A DNA stretch of 64,000 nt from Octopus vulgaris (taxonomy: Eukaryota), in the NCBI GenBank assembly GCA_951406725.2, contig OX597815.1:76384001-76448000 (forward strand). Reading direction: 5' to 3'. A program made the position numbers and the translations under genes. This document shows positions 1-11,837 of the stretch, in pieces. The notes below the pieces were generated by a model. It searched no databases, was not told the origin of the DNA, and worked only from the letters and a program-made list of their open reading frames with translations. The first letter of the stretch is position 1, and each line of letters begins with the position of its first letter.

Positions 1-2162
1 ATTTCCAGCACATCTATCTATGTGTCCGCTGACCGGTATTTTGCGGTAATCAGGGTTTCTAATTTGTGATTTATGCACCGCCATCCTGTTATGTAAGCTA
101 TTTTTTGTATGGCCTATATACTGCCTATTGCAGCCTGCGCATGTTATGATGTAAATTAAGTTTTCTGATGCGCAGGTGAAGTTTGTTCTAATGGTGAACT
201 GGTGGCCTTGTTCCAGTATAAATTCTGATCCTTCTTTCAAGATGACACAGATTCCACAGTTGGGCCTTCCACATTTTCTAACTGCTGGTTTTGTGGTTGA
301 TGTTGAGTGCAGTGTAGCTTGGGTTAAAATCCTTTTCAAGGATTTTGGTTGCCGTTTACTTTTAATGATGGTGTGTGTTTCGAGGATCCGGTTCATCTTT
401 GGGTCTCCCTTTAGTAGGGCTGTGCTTTGTAGTATGGTGTTGAAGGCCTCATTGTTGAGTGGGTTGTGTGTAGAGATGTAGGGAAGGGTTTTTAATTGTT
501 CTTTCTTTTTTGGTTTTGTTTGTCTCAGGTCTTCTATACTTAATTTAAGTACCCATTGGATTGCACTGTCTATTAGGGGCTGTGGATAGTTTCTATTTGT
601 GAGTGTGGTTCTAAGTTCCTGGAGACGTGTGTGTTGGGTGTTTGTGTCTGATATTATGGTGCAAATCCTTCTAGTTAAACAAAAAGGGACATTCATTCTA
701 GTGTGTCGTGGGTGGCATGAATCAAAGGGTAGGTACTGTTTAGAGTCTGTCGGTTTATAGTAGATATCTGTCTCTATTTTGTTGCCGGTTTTCTTAATGA
801 GGATGTCTAAAAATGGTAATTCTTTTTCGTTGTGGTCCATCGTGAATTGTATATTGTCATTTATTCCATTTAATAGTATTTTAAATTCCTCAAGTTTCTC
901 TATACCTTTGTCCCAGATGATGAAACAGTCATCGAGGTATCTTTTCCAGTTGTTATGGATATAGGTGGCGAAGGTGTTTCCATATTTCTCGAGTGTTATC
1001 CGGTATAGTATTTTCTCGAGGTATCCCATCACTAGGTTGGCAAAAGATGGTGCAGTACGCGTGCCCATCGCTGTTCCCGATCTTTGCCTGTAGAAATCAT
1101 TGTCAAAAATAAAATAATTGTTCTCTAAAATGAATCTAAGTCCTTCTATTATAAGGTCTTTGTTTATGCGTGTTGGGAGTTCAAAGGGGTAGTTATTCAG
1201 CCAGAAGGTGATCGCTTCTATTCCTAGGTTGTGAGGGATGTTAGAATAAAGATTAACTACGTCGAATGATACTAGAAGGGTTTTCTCATTGACTGTTTTA
1301 GGGAGGTGGTTGAGCATATCTATATCGTCTCTTACGTAGCTTTTGATGTGTTTTAGGAAAGGTTTAAGAAGTGTGTCTTAAGAAATTGCTGAGGCGGTGA
1401 GTTTCACATGCTGGCCCTGCTATTATCGGTCTTAGTTTAAGATCATTTGGTGAAGGGATTTTGATGAGTGTCGGTGGATGTTTTGCACGTTTCTCTAATG
1501 GTTTGGCTTTTGTGTACCTTAGGGATACCATAGAACAAACTCGATTTGCATTTGAAGTTAGTGATGTATTCATACTCCTTGTTCGTGAGTCCTTCTTGGT
1601 ATGTGTTGATTAATGTCCTAAGGTTATGCATTATTTTTTGCTGGTTATACTGTTGGGCCCTTTCATAATACGTTTCATCTCTTAATAGGGATAGCACTAA
1701 ATTTTTATAATCGTTTGTATTCATTATTACTATCGCGTTGCCCTTATCTGCCTCCTTAATTGTTATTGTTTTGTCTTCTCTTAGTTTGATGAGGTTGTTC
1801 CATTCTCTTTTGTTGAAGTTAGGGCTGTGTTTTTGTTTCTTGATGAATTGAAACGGGAAATTAGTTATGTAGTCACAATAGCGGTCTAAGGCTTTATTCT
1901 TTCCCTTGGTGGGGGTGTAATTGCTCTTGTTTCTAGCTATTGAGTCCTCCTCTATTTGTTTGTCTTGAAATGCCTCGGTGAGTCTTAGTTTTCTGCAAAA
2001 TTCCGAAATATCATCTTTCATTTCATAGTAATTAGAACGTTGTGGGGTGGGTGTAAATTTAAGTCCTTTGGAGAGTATGCTTATTTCGTTAGGTGTAAGT
2101 TCTTTGTTTGAGAGATTGATTATCTTAATTACCTGAGGTTTCTTTTGTTTGTCTTTTGCCAT
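1..2162 (-). pseudogene. PLE RT + GIY-YIG endonuclease ORF with two single-base frameshifts (~1470 and ~1380)
   Basis: Frames 1443-2162, 1364-1573 and 1377->1 join into one RT-EN protein. The last frame is open to the window edge, so it is absent from the ORF track. Confidence 0.9.
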
Positions 2163-2955
2163 CGTGTGTCTCTGTTCCTGTGTGTAAGGTCTAAAAAATG
2201 GTTGGTGTAGTTATGTTCAAAGCTATTATTTATCTGTCTCATGTTGTTATAATTGTCAGAGTGAGTTTGTGGTGCTCTGTTCTGGAGTCTGTTGTTGAAC
2301 CTAGTGTTCCGTCTTAGTTCATCAGGTATATTGTGTTGGTAGTTGTTTCCTCCGTAGTGCATTTGTTGTTTGTTATGGTTGTATGGTTGGTTCCTGGGGT
2401 GGATGTTTGGTAGTAGCGTTTTGGTTTGGTTATGTGGGTTGTATTTTATAGTATTGTATGTTGTGGCTCTTAGGTTCGTGGAATGGTGTGGTGGGACCCT
2501 ATAAGTGTTTTGGGGTTGGTGTAGGTAGTGTGGGGTGCGTTTTAAATGCATTTTTCTGGTGTAGAGTGTGTTTGGATTTCTTGGTGGTTGTTCTGCTCTG
2601 TTGGTATGTCTATTTTCGAACTGGTGTGGTGGGCCTCTGTAGGTGTTTTGGGGTTGGTGTAGGTAGTGTGGGGTGTGTTTTAGGTGTACTTTTCTGGTGT
2701 AGAGTGTGGTAGGATTTCTTGGTGGTTGTTCCGTTCTGTTGGTATTTGGTTTTGATTTACTTAATTTTATGAAGGGGTTGTTGGATATGTGTTCATTTTT
2801 GAAGTTGGTTTCATAATCTAGAAACCAGATGGCGCTCTTTTCCCATCGTTGGAGGGACTTAAGTTCCTCTTTTTCACATTCTTCATTCCATAGTGCTGGT
2901 AATGTTTCAGTATTGATGTCGTCTATTAGTTTGATGACTTCTTCGTTTGATTTTT
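2129..2955 (-). CDS. Upstream ORF of the PLE (N-terminally truncated, >270 aa, P/H/N/T-rich C-terminal half)
   Basis: The frame of track ORF 2129-2551 stays open upstream to ~2950 ([47 protein letters not shown]...) and overlaps the RT ORF. Confidence 0.65.
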
Positions 2956-3066
2956 TATATATATATATATATATAAATATATATGTATATGTATATATAT
3001 ATATGTTTGAATTATGAAATGATATGCGGATGACCTTGCATTTGTTTGTTCAATAACTTTAGTTTG

Positions 3067-3107
<41 letters not shown>

Positions 3108-3135
3108 CATATATATGTATACACATATATATATG

Positions 3136-3183
<48 letters not shown>

Positions 3184-3265
3184 CATACAGAGTAAAAGAG
3201 TATATATATATTATATACATATGTATGTATGTATGTATCTATGTATGTATGCATATATGTACACA
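2956..3265. repeat. (TA)n/(TATG)n microsatellite cluster
   Basis: Directly visible. Confidence 0.9.
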
Positions 3266-3354
3266 TGGTGTGTAAGATATCTGAGGACAGATTTATGTTT
3301 ATAAAAAAACAGATATATAACAAAAGATAATAACTTTATTTATCAAAGAAATTG

Positions 3355-4430
3355 CTATGAGGATAAAAATAAACTTTCTTTTCTATAATGTTATTTGTTA
3401 AAACCACCTTCAGCTTCAACAACTGCTTCTATACGAAATCTAAATCATCTACATGTTCGAATCAAGTGGTCCTGGTTCATTTTGACTATGGCAGCTTTCA
3501 AAAAATCTTTGATGTTATGAACGTGTTCATTGACCTCTCTCTCAACAATGCTCCAATGGATTGAGATATGGGGAATTAGGAGGCCAAATGTTAGGGGTTG
3601 TGTGATCATGAAAATTTTCCGCCACCCATTTCTGTTTTACCAGAGCCATGTGTGATAGTGCAGAGTCTTACTGAAGCACATATGGCCTTCCATTGCATAC
3701 ATTGTCTATCCAGAACTTAACAATTATTTCCAGGACCTCAATGTAGGTGGCAGAATTAACTCTAAAGCCTTGTGGAAAGAAGTAAGGAGGCATCACATGT
3801 CCTTCGTTGCTGACAACCCCTAAAACCCTGACAGTTGTAGGAAATTTTGTATGCATAACACTTGGAAATTCAGAAGGGTCTGCACATAAGCATTTGTCAT
3901 TTCTTGTTAACTTTTTGATCTTGGTTGAAGATTTTCTCATTTGAGAAAAACTAAATCAAATCTTCTGCTGAATTTTTCTGTTTGTTTAAGAGTCTTTTAG
4001 ACCTGATGTAGTGATTCTCTAGCTTTTTCTGACAAAGTCACCTTTCCTCATCATATAAGACTTGTATCTGATGTCTTTGTAAACAACATTTTTGACTGTT
4101 CCTTCTGACACATGGAGATCTTTTGCAATTGACCTCATGGACTTTCTGGGATTGTAATCTATAGTCTGTTGAACTTGCTGGATAAATTCAGGTGTTCTGA
4201 TGATTTCAGAGCATTTAGAATGCTTTCTATGCTTTGATACTGGTGATACATTTCCATCTTCAGTCTCTAGCTCCTTACAAACTTTGTAGACGAAAGATCT
4301 AGCAACTTTTAAAAATTGAGATATTTCTAACTCACTATGTTCAGCCTTTATAACCACAATAACAACATGCCTCTTCGTTTCATGAGTAAGCTGAGGATCT
4401 ACTATTACTATTTTCTGAAGCAAAGATTAT
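3355..4430 (-). mobile_element. Degenerate Tc1/mariner-superfamily transposase, maT/DD37D-like
   Basis: HTH region (NPRKSMRSIAKDLHVSEGTVKNVV), VLGVVSNEGHVMPPYFFPQGFRVNS, LQ*DSALSH and IWPPNSPYLNPL; stops and frameshifts present. Confidence 0.85.
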
Positions 4431-5139
4431 ACAGAGTTAGCAAAAAATACAGTAATGATCCAGTATATGTATACACACACACATTCACACACACACATAT
4501 GGATATGGCTTAGTTTTTAATGCTAAAGAGCAACAAACCACAGTACTATAGTAACATCTGCTACTATTTCTATAGTAATATCACTTCTATAAAGTGTGAT
4601 AGCTAGCAAGCTGTAAAAGAGCTAAACCAACATCAAACAATGAATTCCTGCCAATATTCCATCTATTTTCTCTCAGACAACACCAAGTCATCATCAAGTC
4701 CTGCCATTAAACCTCTTCTACCTTTCACTCCAGCTCCAATGCCACACTTTGGCAATGATCCATCTGTTCACTGACATTATAAAGTATGGTTATGTGAAAT
4801 TAGTGATCTTTAGAAAGAGAAAATATCCCAAGTTTTAAGTGAAGGTGGTCTAAGACAGAGAGAGAGAGAGAGGGGAGGAGGAGACAGGATAATTTATTTG
4901 ATCAAATGAGTTCTTTATCGACCTCTCTCAAGTGTTTCTCAACTGAAGAAAATGATCTTATTTGTTATGCTGACCTTTTCTAATGTTGAGTGGGTCTTCC
5001 CTTCATCTCTTCATTCCATCTCTCTCTATCTCTCTTTCTTTCTCTCACTCCTCCTCTTCCCCCATACCTTCTCAATCTCCGCCCATTGCAACTACCACCA
5101 GTCTCCTCATCATTGTTGATACTGTTGCCATTGACGTCA

Positions 5140-5150
5140 ATTATTGTTAT

Positions 5151-5182
<32 letters not shown>

Positions 5183-5470
5183 GTCATCATCTCCTCATCA
5201 TCATCATTATCATCAACATCATATCATCACTATCATCACTGCTACCCTCGCCATCATCAGCTTCATCATCATCATCATCATTATATCATCACCATCCTCA
5301 TCATCATCATAATCATTGTCATCATTATCATCATCGTGACCATAATTGTCATCCTCCTCCTCATCATCCTTATCATCACCATCATCCTCGTCATCATAGT
5401 CATCCTAATAGTGCTGATGAAGATGAGGATCATCATCATCGTCATCATCATCATGACCACTACCACTAAA
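5140..5470. repeat. Degenerate (CAT)n low-complexity tract
   Basis: Directly visible. Confidence 0.9.
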
Positions 5471-5672
5471 CAACAGCCATTACTTCTAGGAAGTCTGCCC
5501 TACTGCCACCATCACCCTTGTACTGGTGTACTTTCTCTCAGTAATTCTTGTCACTTTTTCTACAGGCATGATGCATCCTACACAGCATTATATATATATA
5601 TATATATATATATGTGCATACAGATACCTCAGTCCTAAGTACCGACCTAACTACACACACATATACACACAG

Positions 5673-6059
5673 ACTTGTTTCAGTCACTAGACAGTGGCCA
5701 TGCTGGAGCACTGCCTTGAAGAATTTTTGGTCAAATGAATTGACCCCAGTACTTACGTTTTAAAACCTGGTACTTATTCTATCAGTCTCTTTTGCCAAAC
5801 TAAGTAACTAAGAGATATAAACACACCAACACCGGTTATCAAATGGTGGTGGGGGATAAACACGGACACAAACTTACTCACACACACTCTCACATATAAA
5901 CTATGGACTTCTTTCAGTTTCCATCTACGAAATCCACTCACAAGGCTTTGGTCTGCCAAAGGCTATAGTAAAAGATACTTGCCCAAGGTGCCATGCAGTG
6001 GGACTAAACTGGAAACCATGCGGTTGGGAAGCAAACTTCTAACCACATAGCCATGCCTG

Positions 6060-6062
<3 letters not shown>
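5673..6062 (-). mobile_element. tRNA-derived SINE, family A
   Basis: Reverse complement of the 12723-13110 element, with A/B-box-like head, CCTTGGGCAAGT core and TGACTGAAACAAGT tail. Confidence 0.85.
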
Positions 6063-6100
<38 letters not shown>

Positions 6101-6315
6101 AGCAAATAACTAACAAGGATGTCAAGGTATTAGAACCTTACAGCCATTTCAGGCAGCTCCATTTAATCAAATAATGCAAGCATTACATCAGTTTGAAATA
6201 CACCACCATCTTCAGATGCATAATACAGGTTTTCAACATACAGGATACACCATTATAATTTTTAGCAAATATTTCATCAGAACAAGAAAATGAAAGAATT
6301 ACATGCTGCTAATGT

Positions 6316-6529
6316 TTTTTTCCTACTGTAGGCACAAGACCCGATATTTTGGGAGAAGGGGCCAGTCGATTAGATCGGCACCAGTATGCAACTGATACTT
6401 AATTTATTGACCCTGAAAGGATAAAAGGCAAAGTCGACCTCGGAGGAATTTGAACTCAGAATGTAAAGACAGACAAAATACTGCTAAGCATTTTGCTTGG
6501 TGTGCTAACATGTCTGCCAGCTCGCTGCC
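6316..6529 (-). mobile_element. tRNA-derived SINE, family B, with ~17-bp TSD
   Basis: GGCAGCGAGCTGGCAGA head on the minus strand; TTAC(A/T)TGCTGCTAATGT at 6299-6315 and 6530-6546. Confidence 0.9.
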
Positions 6530-7229
6530 TTACTTGCTGCTAATGTAGTAGCAGAATGAACTTAGAGAGAAAAAATACTCCAACTAAAATTTGGAGTGGC
6601 AGAAAAGAATAACAATGGGGATCATGAGATGGTAATATAGCTACAATTTTTATCTATCCTCTTATCACCATCAAAAGACCTAACGTAGCTGGTATACTAA
6701 GGATTAAGACCTCTGGGAATTGACAGTTAAGTTTTACCTGCAAATAATAAATTAATTACTGTTAGATAACCTCCCAAACCCTAATTTATTATATCTATAG
6801 ATTCCCTATGATCGCATAAACAAACAAATCTCAGAAAAAAGTCAGTAAGATAGTGGTAAATGCCCAGAAAGAGGGAGGTGATATAAACTATTTTATTATT
6901 ATCATTTAAAGGGGCCTAAAATAGAAAATAAAGTATGTGACAATGAAATCTAAATGGATATTAAGGGTACAGGGTGGAAAATATAACCAAAGTATAGCAA
7001 AATTTATATATTATTATATTTTGTATAATAAAAATAGTAGCTATATTATCATCTCATGACTCCCATTGTTATTCTTTTCTGCCACTCCTAATTATACTTG
7101 GGGTATTTTGTCTCTCTAAGTTCATTCTGCTACAATATTAGCAGCACGTAATTCTTTAATTCTCTAGTTCTGATGAAATATTTGCTAAAAATTATAATGG
7201 AGTATCCTGTATGTTGAAAACCTATATTA

Positions 7230-7315
7230 TGCATCTGAAGATAGCCGGTATTTCAAATTGATGTAATACTTGCATTATTTGATTAAATGGAGCTGCCTGA
7301 AATGGCTGTAATGCA
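7230..7315 (+). ncRNA. Type I hammerhead-like motif with extended stem II (partly decayed)
   Basis: UGCAU-CUGAAGA-[~57 nt hairpin]-GAAAU-GGCU-GUA-AUGCA. Confidence 0.6.
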
Positions 7316-7359
7316 CTAATACCTTCACATCCTTGTTACATATTTGCTTTTATTTACCT

Positions 7360-7589
7360 ATTTCATTATTACCCACAAGGGGCTAAACACAGGGGGGACA
7401 AACAAGCACAGACATAGGTATTAAGTCGATTACATCGACCCCAGTGCGTAACTGGTACTTAATTTATCGACCCCAAAAGGATGAAATGCAAAGTCGACCT
7501 CGGCGGAATTTGAACTCACAATATAATGCAGACGAAATACCGCTTAGCATTTCGCCCGGCATGCTAACGTTTCTGCCAGTCCGCCGCCT
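7360..7589 (-). mobile_element. tRNA-derived SINE, family B, with 19-bp TSD
   Basis: TATTTGCTTTTATTTACCT at 7341-7359 and 7590-7608; B-box-like GAGTTCAAATTC. Confidence 0.92.
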
Positions 7590-7719
7590 TATTTGCTTTT
7601 ATTTACCTTACTTCAAGCTGTGCAGATAATACCGGACTGACTTGGTGCCTCAGCTTAAGTACCTAATTCAACTGAATCTTAATTATTTCATATATATATA
7701 TATATATGTATATATATGT

Positions 7720-8265
7720 ATAAAGGTTCCCATTGAAGATGAAAGGAAGGGTCTATGGGTCTATAGGAGTTGCTACTATGAATGGTGCTTTGGGAAGCCT
7801 CAGAAACCAAAATGCAGAGATAGTCTAGAGTGATCCACTGATTTTCATGCAGCATTTACTCAACCTTCATGACTATCTTGCCGAAAATTGATGGTCACCT
7901 GCTTCCTTCTTCATCATGAATTTCAGTATGACTAGCTGCAAACTCCCTACACCACTTGTGGACAATTTTGACATCCATGCGTGACTCACCATACACTTCT
8001 GTTAATAGGTGATGAATTTCAATTGGTTTAATGCCTTTTGTGTTCAAAAACCGAATAACTGTGTGAACTTCACACTTGGCAATAGCATTAATTGGGAGCT
8101 CCATCAGATACAACTGCCAAGCCAAGACTGAGTGTGGCAGTGAGATGCATGCAGGGGCAGGGACAGGCGCATGCACAACAAACACAACAGTGTTGCCAAT
8201 AGCTGCATGCAGTTTCCCTGCATCCCCAGCACTTTGGAGACCTTACTTTTGGGATTAACCTTGTA
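7720..8265 (-). mobile_element. Internally deleted mariner remnant (N-terminal HTH only)
   Basis: MELPINAIAKCEVHTVIRFLNTKGIKPIEIHHLLTEVYGE...VHKWCREF...DEEGSR; the TA-flanked terminus near 8265 resembles a mariner TIR; the other boundary is approximate. Confidence 0.75.
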
Positions 8266-8277
8266 TATACATATACA

Positions 8278-8323
<46 letters not shown>

Positions 8324-8964
8324 AAATACAAAATGGGACAAGAACGCAACACATCCAGATAGATGATACAAAAAACACAGACGGGTCATTCGAAGCTTTT
8401 TATCGTCAGTCAAGAACCGGATCATCCTTGCAATTTTGGCTGATTAATCTTGAGACCATAAGTCAGGGAGAAGATGCACTCGTATAGTTGTCAGTAGAGT
8501 GCATCTTTTATAGTATCAAATTTCCATTACAGCTGATCTTACCAGCCAGTTTCATGTAAAAAATTAATCTTACCAATCGGTTTACATGAAGCCGATTGGT
8601 AAGATCAACCATGATGGATATTTAATACTACAAAGAATTACATTTTATAATTCTAAATTAATTGCCTTGAATTTTAATGGGCACTTAACTTTAAGATGTT
8701 GCTATAAATTTAGAAAGACATTCAAATAATCTTTTAATTAATTATTATATAATAAAGTTAATTTTGATTAAAGTGCTTAATATAATAAGTAATTAATTAT
8801 AGCAATGTAACGTATCTCGGCTTTGATTAAACATAGCATAGAATTATTATCTATAATTATTATTCTTTAATTATCCACCGAGATCATCAAGAATTGTATA
8901 TATTAATTATAGTAATTTTTCAGTTATCATATGATAATCTTAATTCACATAAAAGCATATAATA

Positions 8965-9160
8965 TTGAGAAAACATGATGACAAAAAAAAACAGTCCTCC
9001 ATACTCTACCAGCATGCCAAGGACCAACATGGAGGCAACCTGGGTCAACTTGACATCCACATCTTATCCAAGCATCCAAAGGACCCAACACTCAGACAAA
9101 TTCAGGAGTACATCCTCATGAAGGAAACTTCCCCAATACTAAATAGGAAATATACATAGT
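8965..9160 (+). pseudogene. C-terminal GIY-YIG fragment of a PLE
   Basis: SSILYQHAKDQH...IHILSKH...LRQIQEYILMKETSPILNRK matches the S..L..H / R...E / P.LN pattern. Confidence 0.65.
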
Positions 9161-9189
9161 AGATATCACCCCCCCCTGTTATGTAGATA

Positions 9190-9745
9190 GATGTATGTAT
9201 GTGTGTGTGTGTGGGGGGGTGTATGTAGATATATGTATATGCACATGTATATAAGCTATGGATATGAAAGTAAATGGATCAACATACAGGCGGATAGGTA
9301 CATAGGTTATATGAACAGACAAGCACACATATGCACACATACTCAATTGAAGACTGAAACACATGACCATATATACACACACACTTTACTTCACACAAGG
9401 ACACATATGGAGACACATGTCCACACATGAAGATGCACATCCATACATACAAACACAGTACATAGTTGCAAATCACACTCACACACACACACACACACTC
9501 AGACATGCACACACAAGGAGAGAGAGGTTAACACACATATATACAAACACACACACACACACAAACACGGACACGCAAACACATGAATATGTAGAATACA
9601 TGCATACAAATATACACACATACATACTTATATACATATGCACACACACACATACATGCATACACACATGCATACATACATACATGTATACATACATACA
9701 TGCATACATACATACATGCATGTGTAGGCACACACACATGTGCTA
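9190..9745. repeat. (CA)n/(TACA)n low-complexity tract
   Basis: Directly visible. Confidence 0.85.
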
Positions 9746-10528
9746 AAACAAACAAGAAGGAATGCAGTGTTAATAATGGACAGAGTCAAAACTATTGAAA
9801 GGTTGCAAGATGCAATAAAAATTTTAGGAAAATAAAAAAGAAATAAGTGTAAATTTTACTGGTGACTGTGTTAAATTATAAGGCACTAAAAGAGAATGAC
9901 TCTCCCCAGACTCAACAGCATATAATATAAACATTAATAGGTATTTAATTATCTTATCCATTGTTTTTATTCTTTAGTTATCTAGCATAGTCATCAATAA
10001 TTGTACATATTAATTATAGTAATTTTCCAATTATTATATAATAAGGTTAATTCCTATATAAGAGTTTATTATAATGAATAAATAGATATTTGGTTGTCTT
10101 TTCTGTAATTTTTATTTTTAATTTTCTATTGAGATCCTCAGTGGACGTATATGTTGTTGAATATAATAATTCTTCACTTATTATAAAACACAGTTAATTC
10201 TTGAGGAAGAGTTTATTATATCAAATAAATAAATAGGTAATTAACTATTGTGACATAAAGTATCAAAGTTTCTATTAAGCATTATGTAGAATTATCATCT
10301 GAAGGTTTTGTTCTTAAGTTATCTATTAAGCAAAACAGAATTCTTGTCTGCAGTTTTTGTTCTTTAGATATACAGAGACATCATCAATTTTAGTAGATAA
10401 ATATACTAATTTTCTACATTGAATTTTTTTACCTTGTGTTTTTGTACATATTATTATTAATTTCAATAATATTATGTATGTGTGTGTGTGTATGCATATG
10501 AATATATATTTATATATATGCATGCATA

Positions 10529-10593
<65 letters not shown>

Positions 10594-10676
10594 ATATTAA
10601 TGCAATTTAAACAATCGTTGGATATTTAAGGTGTGATCTAAAATAAAGATATGACTTTCTTCATACATATCGATTG

Positions 10677-10724
<48 letters not shown>

Positions 10725-10726
<2 letters not shown>

Positions 10727-11799
10727 AAAATCAAAAAATAAAAATCAAAATCAAATCAAATCAAATCAAACCAAATCAAAATAGATGAACATCAATGGAA
10801 TTTGTATCTTTGTGGTACCAGTACCGGTGGCACACAAGAAAACCATCCGAACGTGGCCGTAGCCAGTACCGCATCGACTGGCCTCTGTGATGTGGGCACA
10901 ACAAACACCATCCGATCGTGGCCGTCCGCCAGCCTCATCTGGCACCTGTGTCGGTGGCACATAAAAACACCAACCGAAGACCCGGCAAGACTAGTCAGGC
11001 CATAACCCGTGGCCCCTACTTGGGACGTAGTCAGTCCACCTGTGCATACCTTCCTTCCTTCTTGTGACACTTGTGAAGACCTGTGAAGACCTGTTGAGGC
11101 AAGTGAAAATCAAATCAAATCAAATCAAAATAGATGAACATCAATGGAATTTGTATCTTTGTGGTACCATAATAATAATAATGACGATGATGATGATGAT
11201 GATGATAGAACATCCGAAGACCCGGCAAGACTAGTCAGGTCATAACCCGTGGCCCCTACCTGGGACGTAGTCAGTCCACCTGTGCATACCTTCCTTCTTG
11301 TGACACTTGTGAAGACCTGTTGAGGCAAGTGAAAATCAAATCAAATCAAAACAAATCAAAATAGATGAACATCAATGGAATTTGTATCTTTGTGGTACCA
11401 GTGCCGGTGGCACACAAGAAAATCATCCGAACGTGGCCGTAGCCAGTACCGCATAGACTGGCCTCCGTGCTTTGGGGACGTAACAAACACCATCCGATCG
11501 TGGCCGTCCGCCAGCCTCATCTGGCACCTGTGTCGGTGGCACATAAAAACACCATCCGAGCGTGGCCGTCTGCCAGCCTCGTCTGGCACCTGTGTCAGTG
11601 GCACATAAAAACACCATCCTAGCATGGCCGTTCGCCAGCCTCGTCTGGCACCTGTGTCGGTGGCACATAAAATCACCCACTACACTCTCGGAGTGGTTGG
11701 CGTTAGGAAGGGCATCCAGCTGTAGAAACACTGCCAGATCTGACTGGCCTGGTGCAGCCTTCGGGCTCCCCAGACCCCAGTTGAACCGTCCAACCCATG

Positions 11800-11800
<1 letters not shown>
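10725..11800 (+). mobile_element. Modular, tandemly rearranged 3' region of an RTE-associated repeat
   Basis: Three (AAATC)n-AAATAGATGAACATCAATGG starts, repeated ~62-bp GGCACCTGTGTCGGTGGCACATAAAAACACC units and a GGCGTTAGGAAGGGCATCC tail; homologous to 39075-39625 (-). Confidence 0.75.

Positions 11801-11837
<37 letters not shown>

Larger units (their letters stand above)
1..2955 (-). mobile_element. Penelope-like retroelement (Neptune-type), 5'-truncated at a (TA)n tract, 3' end beyond the window
   Basis: Minus-strand translation gives the PLE N-terminus (IINLSNKELTPNEISILSKGLKFTPTP, IKEADKG), RT motifs (LRPIIAG, SFDVVNLY, GTAMG, RYLDD, LPFLD, YYKPT), a CGRPNCGIC linker and a GIY-YIG domain (LIYIITC...QYIG). 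Confidence 0.95.
6099..7351. repeat. Long inverted repeat (arms ~6099-6644 and ~7037-7351) of a pLTR-like sequence; each arm carries an HHR-like motif
   Basis: Arms are reverse complements once the SINE at 6316-6529 is removed. Confidence 0.85.

Noticed and set aside
176-964. Plus-strand ORFs 176-481 and 779-964
   Set aside because: Antisense shadows of the PLE RT-EN frame.
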